This document shows, piece after piece, positions 20,759 to 29,229 of a DNA stretch of 32,000 bases (position 1 is its first letter; each line of letters starts with the position of its first letter). The stretch lies in NCBI RefSeq assembly GCF_000011805.1, contig NC_006840.2; one strand, written 5' to 3'. A model generated the notes under the pieces. The model worked only from the letters and a program-made list of their open reading frames with translations. It did not search any database and was not told the origin of the DNA. The position numbers were made by a program, and so were the translations under genes. This stretch comes from Aliivibrio fischeri ES114. Lineage in GTDB: Bacteria; Pseudomonadota; Gammaproteobacteria; Enterobacterales; Vibrionaceae.

Positions 20759-21688
20759 TTATTGCTCTGTTTGAAGTTCTTCCTTTTTACCAAAGAACTG
20801 TTGGATCAGTAGACCACACACAATCATAATTAATCCGATTAATGTTGATGGGTGTATTTCTTCTCCGATGATATTGGCTAATAACAGTAAAGAGATAAAT
20901 GGAGAGGCAAAAATTAGGTTACTGATTCGTGCAGTATTTTGTGTTAATCGTAATGCTGACAACCATAAAACAAAGGTAACGCCCATCTCAAATAACCCTA
21001 CGTAAGAAACCGCAGCCCAACCACTCATTGGTATTTGAGCCCATGGTGCTCCTTCATAAATACTTAAACCTATCGCAACAGGTAGAGCAACTAAGAAACC
21101 AAGTAAAAGCCCAAGAATAGGATCTGCTTTATTTTTCGTATTAAGAATCCAGTAACCCGCCCACAATAATGTTGAGAATAAGGCTAAGCCTACACCTAGA
21201 GGGCTATCAAATTCTAATGCAAGCACATCACCTTTAGTCGCAATAACGATTACACCTAGATAGCCTAAAACACACGCAATCCAATCTTGTTTTCGTATTT
21301 TTTGTCCAAGAAAAACCGCAGCCATTAAGGTTAAGGTAATTGCCCAACTGTAATTAAGAGGCTGAGCTTGAGATGCCGGTAATAGATCATAAGATTTGAA
21401 TAGAACCAAGTAGTAAGCTAGTGGATTAATTGCACCTAATAAAATGTAATACAAAGGGTTAGCTAAAAAGGTATCAATCAGTTGCGATAGTGTTTTTTGA
21501 TAAGCAGCAACACCAGCTAGAGCCAGAATAGAAACAGCGCTTGCAATGGTTAGCATTTGGGTTGGCGTAAAATGCTCAAGAGTGATTTTAAAAGCAGTGG
21601 CAACGGTTGACCACAACAGAACCGCAGCGACACCAAATCCTAAAGCACGACGTTCGTTCATTGTTATTGTTCTCAGTAAAAAATCCAT
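20759..21688 (-). CDS. EamA/DMT-superfamily permease
   Basis: About 10 hydrophobic spans in two EamA-like halves. The internal ATG at 21661 (MNERRALG..) is an equally plausible start. Confidence 0.75.
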   Translation of the reverse strand: MDFLLRTITMNERRALGFGVAAVLLWSTVATAFKITLEHFTPTQMLTIASAVSILALAGVAAYQKTLSQLIDTFLANPLYYILLGAINPLAYYLVLFKSYDLLPASQAQPLNYSWAITLTLMAAVFLGQKIRKQDWIACVLGYLGVIVIATKGDVLALEFDSPLGVGLALFSTLLWAGYWILNTKNKADPILGLLLGFLVALPVAIGLSIYEGAPWAQIPMSGWAAVSYVGLFEMGVTFVLWLSALRLTQNTARISNLIFASPFISLLLLANIIGEEIHPSTLIGLIMIVCGLLIQQFFGKKEELQTEQ

Positions 21689-21726
21689 TTGGATCTGGAG
21701 TGTACCTGTGCTTGAAAAATAGTGTT

Positions 21727-21746
21727 AACTGGACATTTATCCAGTA
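21727..21746. promoter_or_regulatory. Candidate LexA (SOS) box upstream of rmuC
   Basis: AACTGGACATTTATCCAGTA fits the gammaproteobacterial consensus TACTG-N10-CAGTA. CTG-N10-CAG is intact and the spacer is A/T-rich. It lies 43 bp upstream of the rmuC ATG. Confidence 0.45.
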
Positions 21747-21788
21747 TCAAAATATCCTATGGTAATTCGTGTTTACATTGAGTGAGTT

Positions 21789-23309
21789 ATGGAATTTTTG
21801 AATCAGTTTGGTGGGCATTTATTGTTTGGTTTTGCAGGCGCTAGTATTGCGTATGCCGTTGCTCATGTATTAACAAAAAGTCGAAACCAGCAAGAGTTAG
21901 CTTTGTTAGAACAGGAGCTAGAATCAGAAAAAAAATTGGCAGGCACTCAACTGCACCAATTAACCCAACAAGTTGAAAAGCAGCAGCAAGAACTCGATGA
22001 ACTTGATCTTGAGCGTGACAAATTAGCGCAAGAGCAAAAGCAATCTCATGGGCGTTTAATGGCGGCAATGGAAAAGCTGCGTTATTTTGATGCTATTCAA
22101 AAAGAGAAAGAATATTTAACTCAGCAGCTCGAGTTTTCTCGCCAAGCAAATTCAAATGTCGAAGCCGAATTGAGAGAGCAAGAAGCACGTAATGAAGAAG
22201 AACGTAAAGCAAGCCAAGAGAAGATTGAATTACTCGAGCGAGCAGAAGAAAGGTTAAAACAGCAGTTTGAAAATCTAGCCAACCAATTGTTTGAACATAA
22301 AACCAAAACGGTTGATGAACAAAACAAGGTGAGTTTAGAAGGTTTGTTATCTCCATTAAAAGAGCAGCTTGAAGGATTTAAAAAACAAGTAAACGACAGT
22401 TTTGGTTTTGAAGCTAAAGAGCGCCACACTCTGGTACATGAAATTCGTAGCCTACAACAGCTTAATGAGCGAATGACACAGGAGGCGGTAAACCTGACCA
22501 ATGCTCTTAAAGGCGACAACAAACAACAAGGTAATTGGGGTGAAGTTGTTCTTTCGCGAGTGTTGAAAGAATCCGGCCTTAGAGAGGGACACGAATACGA
22601 TACTCAGGTCAGTATGGATGACGAAGATGGTAAGCGTTTTTATCCTGATGTGATTGTTCACTTACCTGATGAGAAAGATGTCGTGGTTGATTCAAAAATG
22701 ACCTTAGTGGCATATGAGCGTTTTTTTAACAGTGAAGATTTTAATCAAAAAGAACACGCGCTTGATGAACACTTAATGGCTATTCGAGCTCATTTGCGTG
22801 GATTAAGTAAAAAGGATTACCACAAGTTAAATGGCTTACGCAGTTTAGATTATGTCTTAATGTTTATTCCTGTAGAGCCAGCATTCCAAGTTGCGATAGA
22901 GGCCGATCCATCATTAATCTCTGATGCAATGGAGCAGAATATTATTATCGTTAGTCCTACAACGTTATTGGTTGCGCTTAGAACCATCAGTAATTTATGG
23001 CGTAACGAGAGACAAAACCAAAACGCCAAAATCATCGCAGAGCGAGCAAGTAAACTGTATGACAAAATGCGTCTTTTTGTTGATGATATGGAGGCCGTTG
23101 GTGGTGCACTTGATAAGGCTAATCAAAGTTATCAAGGGGCAATGAATAAATTGGTAAGTGGGCGTGGGAACTTAATTCGTCAAGCTGAAAGCTTTAAGGA
23201 ACTCGGTGTTGAAGTGAAGAGAGACATAAATCGCCGTCTTATTGACCAATCTTTTGAAGCCGATACGACGCAAACACTTGGTGATAATGGGTTGGATAAA
23301 GTAGACTAG
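21789..23309 (+). CDS. rmuC: DNA recombination protein RmuC
   Basis: 506 aa: N-terminal TM anchor, long Q/E/K-rich coiled coil, then a C-terminal RmuC nuclease-like domain (PDVIVHLP, VVDSK, MFIPVE). Synteny with ubiE matches E. coli. Confidence 0.85.
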   Translation: MEFLNQFGGHLLFGFAGASIAYAVAHVLTKSRNQQELALLEQELESEKKLAGTQLHQLTQQVEKQQQELDELDLERDKLAQEQKQSHGRLMAAMEKLRYFDAIQKEKEYLTQQLEFSRQANSNVEAELREQEARNEEERKASQEKIELLERAEERLKQQFENLANQLFEHKTKTVDEQNKVSLEGLLSPLKEQLEGFKKQVNDSFGFEAKERHTLVHEIRSLQQLNERMTQEAVNLTNALKGDNKQQGNWGEVVLSRVLKESGLREGHEYDTQVSMDDEDGKRFYPDVIVHLPDEKDVVVDSKMTLVAYERFFNSEDFNQKEHALDEHLMAIRAHLRGLSKKDYHKLNGLRSLDYVLMFIPVEPAFQVAIEADPSLISDAMEQNIIIVSPTTLLVALRTISNLWRNERQNQNAKIIAERASKLYDKMRLFVDDMEAVGGALDKANQSYQGAMNKLVSGRGNLIRQAESFKELGVEVKRDINRRLIDQSFEADTTQTLGDNGLDKVD

Positions 23310-23366
23310 AGGGCTGTTGAATTCAGAGAGACCGGATTCAGCGAACCTATCTCTAGAGGACGAAAA

Positions 23367-24131
23367 ATGACGGACAAGATGAACATGGCTGAAGAAACAA
23401 CACACTTCGGCTTCACTACAGTCGCTAAAGAAGAAAAAGTAGCGAAAGTTGCAGAGGTATTTCACTCTGTAGCAGCAAAATACGACATCATGAATGACCT
23501 TATGTCTGGTGGTGTTCACCGTGTTTGGAAACGATTCACGATTGATTGTAGTGGCGTACGTCCAGGTCATAAAGTACTTGATTTAGCTGGTGGTACTGGC
23601 GATTTAACGGCTAAGTTTTCACGTATTGTTGGTGAGAAAGGTCAAGTTATTCTTGCTGATATTAATAACTCAATGCTAAACGTTGGTCGTGACAAACTAC
23701 GTGATATGGGCATCGTAGGTAATGTAAATTACGTACAAGCCAATGCGGAAGAATTGCCTTTCCCTGACGACCATTTTGATTGTATTACCATCAGCTTTGG
23801 TCTTCGTAACGTAACGGATAAAGATAAAGCATTGCGTTCGATGTTCCGTGTTCTTAAACCGGGCGGTCGTTTATTAGTGCTAGAGTTTTCAAAACCAATC
23901 CTTGAGCCGTTATCAAAAATTTATGATGCGTACTCTTTCCACCTATTACCAAAAATGGGTGAAATCATCGCAAATGATGCAGACAGTTATCGCTACCTTG
24001 CTGAATCTATCCGTATGCACCCAGATCAAGAAACACTGAAAGGCATGATGGAAGATGCAGGGTTTGAGCAAGCAAATTACTACAACTTAACGGGTGGTAT
24101 CGTTGCTCTACACCGTGGTTACAAGTTTTAA
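23367..24131 (+). CDS. ubiE: Ubiquinone/menaquinone C-methyltransferase
   Basis: Almost collinear with E. coli UbiE ([51 protein letters not shown]). Confidence 0.95.
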   Translation: MTDKMNMAEETTHFGFTTVAKEEKVAKVAEVFHSVAAKYDIMNDLMSGGVHRVWKRFTIDCSGVRPGHKVLDLAGGTGDLTAKFSRIVGEKGQVILADINNSMLNVGRDKLRDMGIVGNVNYVQANAEELPFPDDHFDCITISFGLRNVTDKDKALRSMFRVLKPGGRLLVLEFSKPILEPLSKIYDAYSFHLLPKMGEIIANDADSYRYLAESIRMHPDQETLKGMMEDAGFEQANYYNLTGGIVALHRGYKF

Positions 24132-24142
24132 GGGATAGAATA

Positions 24143-24766
24143 ATGCCATTAGAACCATTCGTAACAGGCGTGATGGAGACAGGGTTAAATACTCTGTTAA
24201 AAGAATCACCAGAGAGCAAAGCGGCACTGCATCGTTTAAAAGAAAAGATTATTCATGTTCATTTAAATGAAGTGAACAAAGATCTTTTCTTTGTATTTAG
24301 TCACCTACAAGTTGATATTCTTTCTCGATTCGAAGGTTCTGTTGATTGCTACTTAGCTTTAAATCTTTCTGTTTTGCCACAACTGCGTGATCAAAATAAT
24401 ATCACTCAACTTATCAAACAAGATAAGTTGGTATTGGAAGGCGATTTAAAACTTGCTCAACAATTTTCTGCATTACTTGAAGAGTTAAAACCAGATGTTG
24501 AAGAGAAATTATCTCAATATACTGGTGATATTGTTGCTCATACTTTAGCTAGTGGAGTAAAAGGTGGAGCGTGCTGGGTGAAAAAACAGATCACACGTCA
24601 AACTCGCCATGCAGCAGAAGTGCTTACTGAAGAGTGGAAAATGGCACCTGCACCATTAGAAATTGCCTACTTTTGCGATCAAGTAACCGATGTTGAAGCT
24701 CAATTAACAGAGCTAGATGCTCGTTTATCTCGTCTAATACAAAAAACAGGATTAGAACAAGCATGA
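24143..24766 (+). CDS. ubiJ: Ubiquinone biosynthesis accessory factor UbiJ (SCP2 domain, YigP)
   Basis: 207-aa ORF between ubiE and ubiB, the same position as in E. coli. Its ATGA stop/start overlap with ubiB suggests translational coupling. Confidence 0.75.
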   Translation: MPLEPFVTGVMETGLNTLLKESPESKAALHRLKEKIIHVHLNEVNKDLFFVFSHLQVDILSRFEGSVDCYLALNLSVLPQLRDQNNITQLIKQDKLVLEGDLKLAQQFSALLEELKPDVEEKLSQYTGDIVAHTLASGVKGGACWVKKQITRQTRHAAEVLTEEWKMAPAPLEIAYFCDQVTDVEAQLTELDARLSRLIQKTGLEQA

Positions 24767-26397
24767 CGCCATCTGAGTTAAAGCGCTTATATCACATCAC
24801 TAAGGTTCAACTTGAGTATGGGTTAGATGAGCTGTTACCTGAACATGCGTTAACTCAATTGCCAAAGCGATTACGTAAAGGTTTATTCTGGATTAAAAAT
24901 AAATACCCTGAAAAAACACTTGGTGAACGCTTACGTCTAGCATTACAAGAGCTCGGTCCTGTTTGGATTAAGTTCGGTCAAATGATGTCGACTCGTCGAG
25001 ATCTTTTTCCTCCTCATTTAGCTGACCAATTAGCGTTACTTCAAGACCAAGTTGCGCCATTTGACGGACAATTAGCGAAAGATCAAATGGAGATGGAATT
25101 AGGTGGGCCACTTGATAATTGGTTTACCGATTTTGATATTAAGCCGTTGGCTTCTGCTTCCATTGCTCAAGTACATACCGCAAAGTTAAAAGACTCGGGT
25201 AGAGAAATTGTTCTTAAAGTAATTCGTCCTGATATTCGTCCTGTCATCGAATCTGATATTCGCTTAATGTATCGCATGGCGAGATTAGTTGAACAACATA
25301 TTCCTGAAGCTCGTCGTTTAAAACCAGTTAAAGTCATTGAAGAGTACGAAAAAACCTTACTTGATGAGCTAGACTTAAGAAGAGAAGCCAGTAATGCAAT
25401 GCAGCTGCGCAGAAACTTTGAAGGCAGTGAAGAACTTTATGTACCTGAAGTCATTTTAGATTTAAGCTCTGAGCATCTTATGGTGTCAGAGCGCATTTAC
25501 GGTATTCAAGTATCAGACATTGAGCAGCTTGAAAGAAACGGCACTAATATGAAGTTATTGGCTGAACGTGGTGTTTCAGTTTTCTTTACTCAGGTGTTTC
25601 GAGATAGCTTCTTTCATGCTGATATGCACCCAGGAAACGTATTTGTAAATCCAGATAATCCAGAAAATCCACAATGGATCGGATTAGACTGTGGTATTGT
25701 GGGAACACTCAATAAGGAAGATAAACGCTATTTAGCAGAAAACTTATTGGGTTTCTTTAATAGTGACTATCATAAAGTTGCGCAATTACATGTTGATTCT
25801 GGTTGGGTTCCTGCAGACACTAATGTTGAAGAGTTCGAATTTGCTATTCGAATGGTATGTGAACCCATTTTTGCAAAACCATTAGGAGAAATTTCTTTTG
25901 GTCATGTGCTGTTGAACTTATTTAATACAGCGCGTCGTTTCAATATGGAAGTGCAACCACAATTAGTCTTGTTACAAAAAACATTGTTGTACGTAGAAGG
26001 ACTAGGCAGACAGCTTTATCCGCAATTAGATCTATGGGCAACCGCCAAACCGTTTTTAGAAACGTGGATGGCAAAACAGGTAGGACCGGCAGCCTTTGTG
26101 ACTGCTTTGAGTGAGAAAGCGCCATTCTGGGCTGAAAAATTACCCGAACTGCCAGATTTAGTTTATGACAGTTTGCGCCAGGGCAAAGTTCTTAATCAAC
26201 GAATGGATAAACTTTACGCAGGTTACCGTCAAAGTAAGCGTCAACAAGCAAAAGGGCAATTCCTATTTAATGTTGGAGCCACACTTCTGATTTGTTCTGC
26301 GGTGTTATTAACCAGTAACATTACTGTGTTAGCATCAATTAGTGCTGCTACAGGAGCTGCGTTTTGGCTATTTAGCTGGCGAGCATATCGTCGTTAA
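24763..26397 (+). CDS. ubiB: Ubiquinone biosynthesis regulatory protein kinase UbiB (ABC1/ADCK family)
   Basis: 544 aa with ABC1 atypical kinase motifs ([37 protein letters not shown]) and two C-terminal TM helices. Confidence 0.93.
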   Translation: MTPSELKRLYHITKVQLEYGLDELLPEHALTQLPKRLRKGLFWIKNKYPEKTLGERLRLALQELGPVWIKFGQMMSTRRDLFPPHLADQLALLQDQVAPFDGQLAKDQMEMELGGPLDNWFTDFDIKPLASASIAQVHTAKLKDSGREIVLKVIRPDIRPVIESDIRLMYRMARLVEQHIPEARRLKPVKVIEEYEKTLLDELDLRREASNAMQLRRNFEGSEELYVPEVILDLSSEHLMVSERIYGIQVSDIEQLERNGTNMKLLAERGVSVFFTQVFRDSFFHADMHPGNVFVNPDNPENPQWIGLDCGIVGTLNKEDKRYLAENLLGFFNSDYHKVAQLHVDSGWVPADTNVEEFEFAIRMVCEPIFAKPLGEISFGHVLLNLFNTARRFNMEVQPQLVLLQKTLLYVEGLGRQLYPQLDLWATAKPFLETWMAKQVGPAAFVTALSEKAPFWAEKLPELPDLVYDSLRQGKVLNQRMDKLYAGYRQSKRQQAKGQFLFNVGATLLICSAVLLTSNITVLASISAATGAAFWLFSWRAYRR

Positions 26398-26448
26398 ACG
26401 TCGCTTTATTTAGCAATTTTTTAACCCTAACACGCTGAGGAAATAAGC

Positions 26449-26697
26449 ATGGGTGGTATTAGTATTTGGCAACTTCTTATTATTGCAGTAATTATCGTTC
26501 TGTTATTTGGTACGAAAAAATTACGTGGTGTAGGTAGTGATTTGGGTTCTGCAGTTAAAGGCTTTAAAAAAGCGATAAGTGAAGATGAGCCAGCAAAAGA
26601 AGCGAAAAAAGACGCTGATTTTGTACCTCAAAACTTAGAGAAAAAAGAAGCTGAAACAGTAGAAAAACAAAAGCAAAACGACAAAGAGCAGGCATAA
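26449..26697 (+). CDS. tatA: Twin-arginine translocase subunit TatA
   Basis: [26 protein letters not shown], the canonical TatA TM helix followed by an amphipathic helix. Confidence 0.93.
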   Translation: MGGISIWQLLIIAVIIVLLFGTKKLRGVGSDLGSAVKGFKKAISEDEPAKEAKKDADFVPQNLEKKEAETVEKQKQNDKEQA

Positions 26698-26700
26698 TAA

Positions 26701-27081
26701 GTGTTTGATATCGGTTTTTGGGAACTGATACTGATCTCTGTTGTTGGACTAGTTGTATTAGGACCGGAACGTTTACCAAAAGCGATCCGCTCTGTTGCGC
26801 AGTTCATTGGAGCAGCAAAAAGCATGGCGAATAACGTCAAAGATGAGCTGTCACAAGAATTGAAGATACAAGAACTTCAAGAGAATTTGCGCAAAGCAGA
26901 ACAGATGAATATGGATGACTTATCGCCTGATCTTAAAAAATCAGTAGAAGAGTTAAAACAAGCGGCAGCAGATGTCACTCGTCCATATGCAAAACCAGAA
27001 GAAGAAAAAGCAGAAACGCCAAGTGCGGACAGCTCTTCTTCTGCAGCATCTGACTCAACTTCTAAAACGAAAGCAGAGTAA
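26701..27081 (+). CDS. tatB: Twin-arginine translocase subunit TatB
   Basis: GTG start. [26 protein letters not shown] is the canonical TatB N-terminus. Confidence 0.92.
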   Translation: MFDIGFWELILISVVGLVVLGPERLPKAIRSVAQFIGAAKSMANNVKDELSQELKIQELQENLRKAEQMNMDDLSPDLKKSVEELKQAAADVTRPYAKPEEEKAETPSADSSSSAASDSTSKTKAE

Positions 27082-27083
27082 TT

Positions 27084-27839
27084 ATGTCATCAGTTGAATC
27101 CTCTCAGCCGTTGTTAGCGCACTTACTAGAGTTAAGAAATCGTCTATTAAAAGCAATCATTGCAGTTATTGTCGTGTTCTTAGGTTTAGTTTGGTTTGCT
27201 AATGACATTTATGAGTTTTTATCAGCGCCTTTGGTAGAAAGACTGCCAGAGGGAGCAACTATGATAGCAACTGATGTCGCGTCACCATTTTTCACGCCCA
27301 TAAAGCTGACTTTGGTGGCATCGATATTTGTCGCTGTTCCAGTAATTCTTTATCAGGTATGGGCATTTGTAGCTCCTGGACTGTATAAGCATGAGAAAAG
27401 ACTCATCATGCCGTTACTATTCTCTAGCTCTTTGCTGTTTTATGCCGGTGTATCATTTGCCTATTTCGTTGTATTTCCTTTGGTATTTGGTTTCTTTACA
27501 ACCATTGCACCTGAAGGGGTTCAAGTAGCAACTGATATCGCCAGTTATCTTGATTTTGTTTTAGCATTGTTCTTGGCTTTTGGTATTGCATTTGAAGTAC
27601 CTGTTGCCATCATCTTGCTATGCTGGACTGGTGCTACAGACCCAGATACGTTAAGACAAAAGCGTCCATATATTATTGTTGGTGCCTTTGTTGTAGGTAT
27701 GATGTTGACACCACCAGACATTATTTCTCAGACGTTGCTGGCAGTACCTATGTGTATTTTGTTTGAGATTGGTTTGTTCTTCTCACGCTTTTATGTGAGA
27801 GAGGATAATGAAGATGATTTGGAACAAGATGAAGCATAA
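27084..27839 (+). CDS. tatC: Twin-arginine translocase subunit TatC
   Basis: 251 aa with 6 TM spans. N-terminal motif [12 protein letters not shown]. Position after tatAB. Confidence 0.93.
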   Translation: MSSVESSQPLLAHLLELRNRLLKAIIAVIVVFLGLVWFANDIYEFLSAPLVERLPEGATMIATDVASPFFTPIKLTLVASIFVAVPVILYQVWAFVAPGLYKHEKRLIMPLLFSSSLLFYAGVSFAYFVVFPLVFGFFTTIAPEGVQVATDIASYLDFVLALFLAFGIAFEVPVAIILLCWTGATDPDTLRQKRPYIIVGAFVVGMMLTPPDIISQTLLAVPMCILFEIGLFFSRFYVREDNEDDLEQDEA

Positions 27840-27866
27840 TGCTTGATAGAAAATCTGAATATTGAA

Positions 27867-27897
27867 AAAGCGTTGATGATTATCAGCGCTTTTTTTA
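27867..27897 (+). terminator. Rho-independent terminator of the tat operon
   Basis: AAAGCGTTGAT-GATT-ATCAGCGCTTT hairpin with one G.U pair, followed by TTTTTTT. Confidence 0.8.
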
Positions 27898-27992
27898 TGC
27901 CTGCTTTAAACCATACAAAGTGAGTTAAGTGATCATGATCACGCTCTATTTTTGAGGCTTTATAGAGATAAATAGACAAACAGGAAACCGCT

Positions 27993-28010
27993 TGTGCGAG
28001 ATCTCTTACA
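27993..28010. promoter_or_regulatory. UvrY/GacA/VarA response-regulator box (upstream activating sequence of the Csr sRNA)
   Basis: TGTGCGAGATCTCTTACA matches the TGTRAG-N6-CTTACA consensus. It differs at one base from the E. coli csrB site as I recall it (TGTGAGAGATCTCTTACA). It lies ~175 bp upstream of the predicted sRNA start. Confidence 0.8.
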
Positions 28011-28142
28011 AGCGAGTGAGATTTAGCGCTTTTTTTTGCGCTGTTTTCTCTCTGGGTTTTGTTAAGTTGTTGATATTTAATGTTTTGTGTTTGTTGGGGG
28101 ATGGGGTTATATTTTTTTTTGCAATTATTTGAAATTAGTCTA

Positions 28143-28170
28143 TTGCTGAAAAAAGTGAAAAGCGTAATCT
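28143..28170 (+). promoter_or_regulatory. Candidate sigma70 promoter of the Csr sRNA
   Basis: TTGCTG (28143-28148), 16-nt spacer, TAATCT (28165-28170). The transcription start is therefore predicted near 28177. Unverified. Confidence 0.4.
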
Positions 28171-28176
28171 TATTGG

Positions 28177-28600
28177 TGTCGGAAGGATGCTGACACGGAA
28201 CAGGAACTAGCCAAGGATTTGGTACGCTTCAGGACGAGGCACTCGGTTACTTAGGATTAGTAATCGGCATGGATAGCGAAATGGACATTGAATGGACGCA
28301 ATAGTAACTAGGATGGTTGCTACTAAGGAAAGACAATGGACACCTCTAGGATTGAGGTAAATGGACTGCACATCAGGATGATGTAAAGGACACCGCTCAA
28401 GGAACAAGCGAAGAGAGTTAACTAAGGATTGTTAACGGATCAGGATAGATCATGGACACCGCTAGGATGGCGACGAAAGGAATAAGCTGACGGATTCAGC
28501 ATACTATCAAGGATTTGATGCATGGAGCACCATTAGTAGCCGGACTGCTGCGAGTAAAGTTATAGCCCCGCTAGATGAAAATCTAGTGGGGCTTTTCTTG
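28177..28600 (+). ncRNA. csrB: CsrB-family sRNA (CsrA-sequestering sponge)
   Basis: I count about 28 GGA triplets by eye in ~420 nt. Most occur as AAGGAU / CAGGAU / UAGGAU / AUGGAC, and many sit in loops of short hairpins (e.g. GTGTC-GGAAGGATGCT-GACAC at 28176-28196). The region ends in a strong terminator AGCCCCGCTAGAT-GAAA-ATCTAGTGGGGCT followed by a T tract (28564-28600). A UvrY/GacA box lies upstream. The 5' end is a prediction. Confidence 0.88.
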
Positions 28601-28618
28601 TTTAGAGCAAAGTAAAAA

Positions 28619-28680
28619 GCAGGGACGAGAGGCGAGGACGCTTCGCTCGAGGAGCAAGGAAAAGCAAAAGCCGATTCAGA
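28619..28680 (+). repeat. Degenerate copy of the composite GGGAC / GCTTCGC / AAGCAAAAGCC / TTCAG module
   Basis: GCAGGGACGAGAGGCGAGGACGCTTCGCTCGAGGAGCAAGGAAAAGCAAAAGCCGATTCAGAATTG shares ordered blocks with the reverse complement of 31397-31463. Its first 12 nt are identical to 31162-31173. Confidence 0.65.
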
Positions 28681-28700
28681 ATTGTAATGAAATATGGTAT

Positions 28701-28881
28701 CAACAACCCCCTCTAACTCCCCCTTGTATTGATATTATCGATCCCAGTTATTCATAGATAAAGGGGGAAGAACCTTCTTTGGTGTGGATATTTCAGCGAT
28801 CACAATAGTGTTCCTCCCCTTGAGTAAATATCTCATGTGATCACCAATGTCGATATAAGGGGAGGTTAGGAGGGGTTGTGA
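28701..28881. repeat. Self-complementary ~180-bp element, copy 1 (complete, with both G/C-rich inverted termini); MITE-like or structured RNA
   Basis: The left end CAACAACCCCCTCTAACTCCCCCTT (28701-28725) is an imperfect reverse complement of the right end AAGGGGAGGTTAGGAGGGGTTGTG (28857-28880). Inner arms also pair: AAGGGGGAAGAAC (28761-28773) with GTTCCTCCCCTT (28810-28821), and TATTGATATTATCGATC with GATCACCAATGTCGATATA. Confidence 0.7.
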
Positions 28882-28908
28882 GTAGAGACTTTAGTGATTC
28901 AATGTCTT

Positions 28909-29061
28909 TATTGATATTATCGATCCCAGTAATTCATAGATAAAGGTGGAGAACCTTCTTTGGTGCGGATATTTCAGCGCTCACAATACAGTTCCTCCTC
29001 TTGAGTAATATCTCATGTGATCACCAATGTTGATATAAGGGGAGGTTAGGAGGGGTTGTGA
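28909..29061. repeat. Self-complementary element, copy 2 (lacks the left terminus)
   Basis: Aligns with 28727-28881 along its whole length, with a handful of substitutions and two 1-nt deletions. Offset is 180-182 bp. Confidence 0.8.
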
Positions 29062-29127
29062 ATGCAGGTTTTCACCTCTACAACTAACTTGTTGTGTCTT
29101 AAGTGAAGTTATTTATCTTTTGATCTT

Positions 29128-29213
29128 ATAGTCTCTAGTTAACGAAGCGTATAAGCTCTTCCTGAAACCTGAAACCTGAAACCTGAAACCTGAAACCTGA
29201 AACCTGAAACCTT
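29128..29213. repeat. Composite repeat: 16-mer ATAGTCTCTAGTTAAC + GAAGCGTATAAGCTCTT + (CCTGAAA)x7
   Basis: Seven perfect CCTGAAA units at 29161-29209 plus a partial unit, ending 17 nt from the tatD stop codon. The 16-mer (29128-29143) is the exact reverse complement of 31234-31249. Confidence 0.85.
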
Positions 29214-29229
29214 CAAGCAAAGCGATCTC

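Noticed and set aside
21841-23065. Several antisense or alternative-frame ORFs within rmuC (75, 87, 133, 69, 71 and 73 aa).
   Set aside because: They are embedded in a well-supported 506-aa RmuC ORF. The biased Q/E/K-rich coiled-coil coding sequence gives long stop-free antisense frames.
23172-23570. 132-aa minus-strand ORF spanning the rmuC-ubiE junction.
   Set aside because: It overlaps two highly conserved plus-strand genes and their intergenic RBS. No independent signals.
26564-26840. Two ~70-aa minus-strand ORFs overlapping tatA/tatB, and the 62-aa ORF 27791-27979 overlapping the tatC end and terminator.
   Set aside because: They are antisense to strongly supported tat genes or run across a terminator hairpin. 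No start-site signals.
28207-28407. 66-aa minus-strand ORF in the tatC-tatD gap.
   Set aside because: It lies entirely antisense within the GGA-rich CsrB-like sRNA, has no RBS, and its composition is dictated by the sRNA repeats.
28727-29105. Small ORFs inside or next to the structured tandem elements. Examples are a minus-strand GTG ORF 9 nt after GGAGG (22 codons in copy 1, 16 in copy 2), a plus-strand 18-codon hydrophobic ORF in copy 1, and a 14-codon ORF after copy 2. I considered a type I toxin-antitoxin module.
   Set aside because: Start codons and frames are not conserved between the two copies: there is a GTG to GCG change and 1-nt indels. The peptides are not consistently hydrophobic. 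No support for coding or for a toxin. Mentioned only as a possibility under the finding.
29161-29213. Heptanucleotide tract (CCTGAAA)x7 as a phase-variation switch.
   Set aside because: The tract lies downstream of the tatD stop codon, not in a coding region or between -35 and -10 elements. Slippage would not switch any ORF on or off. Length polymorphism may still exist.
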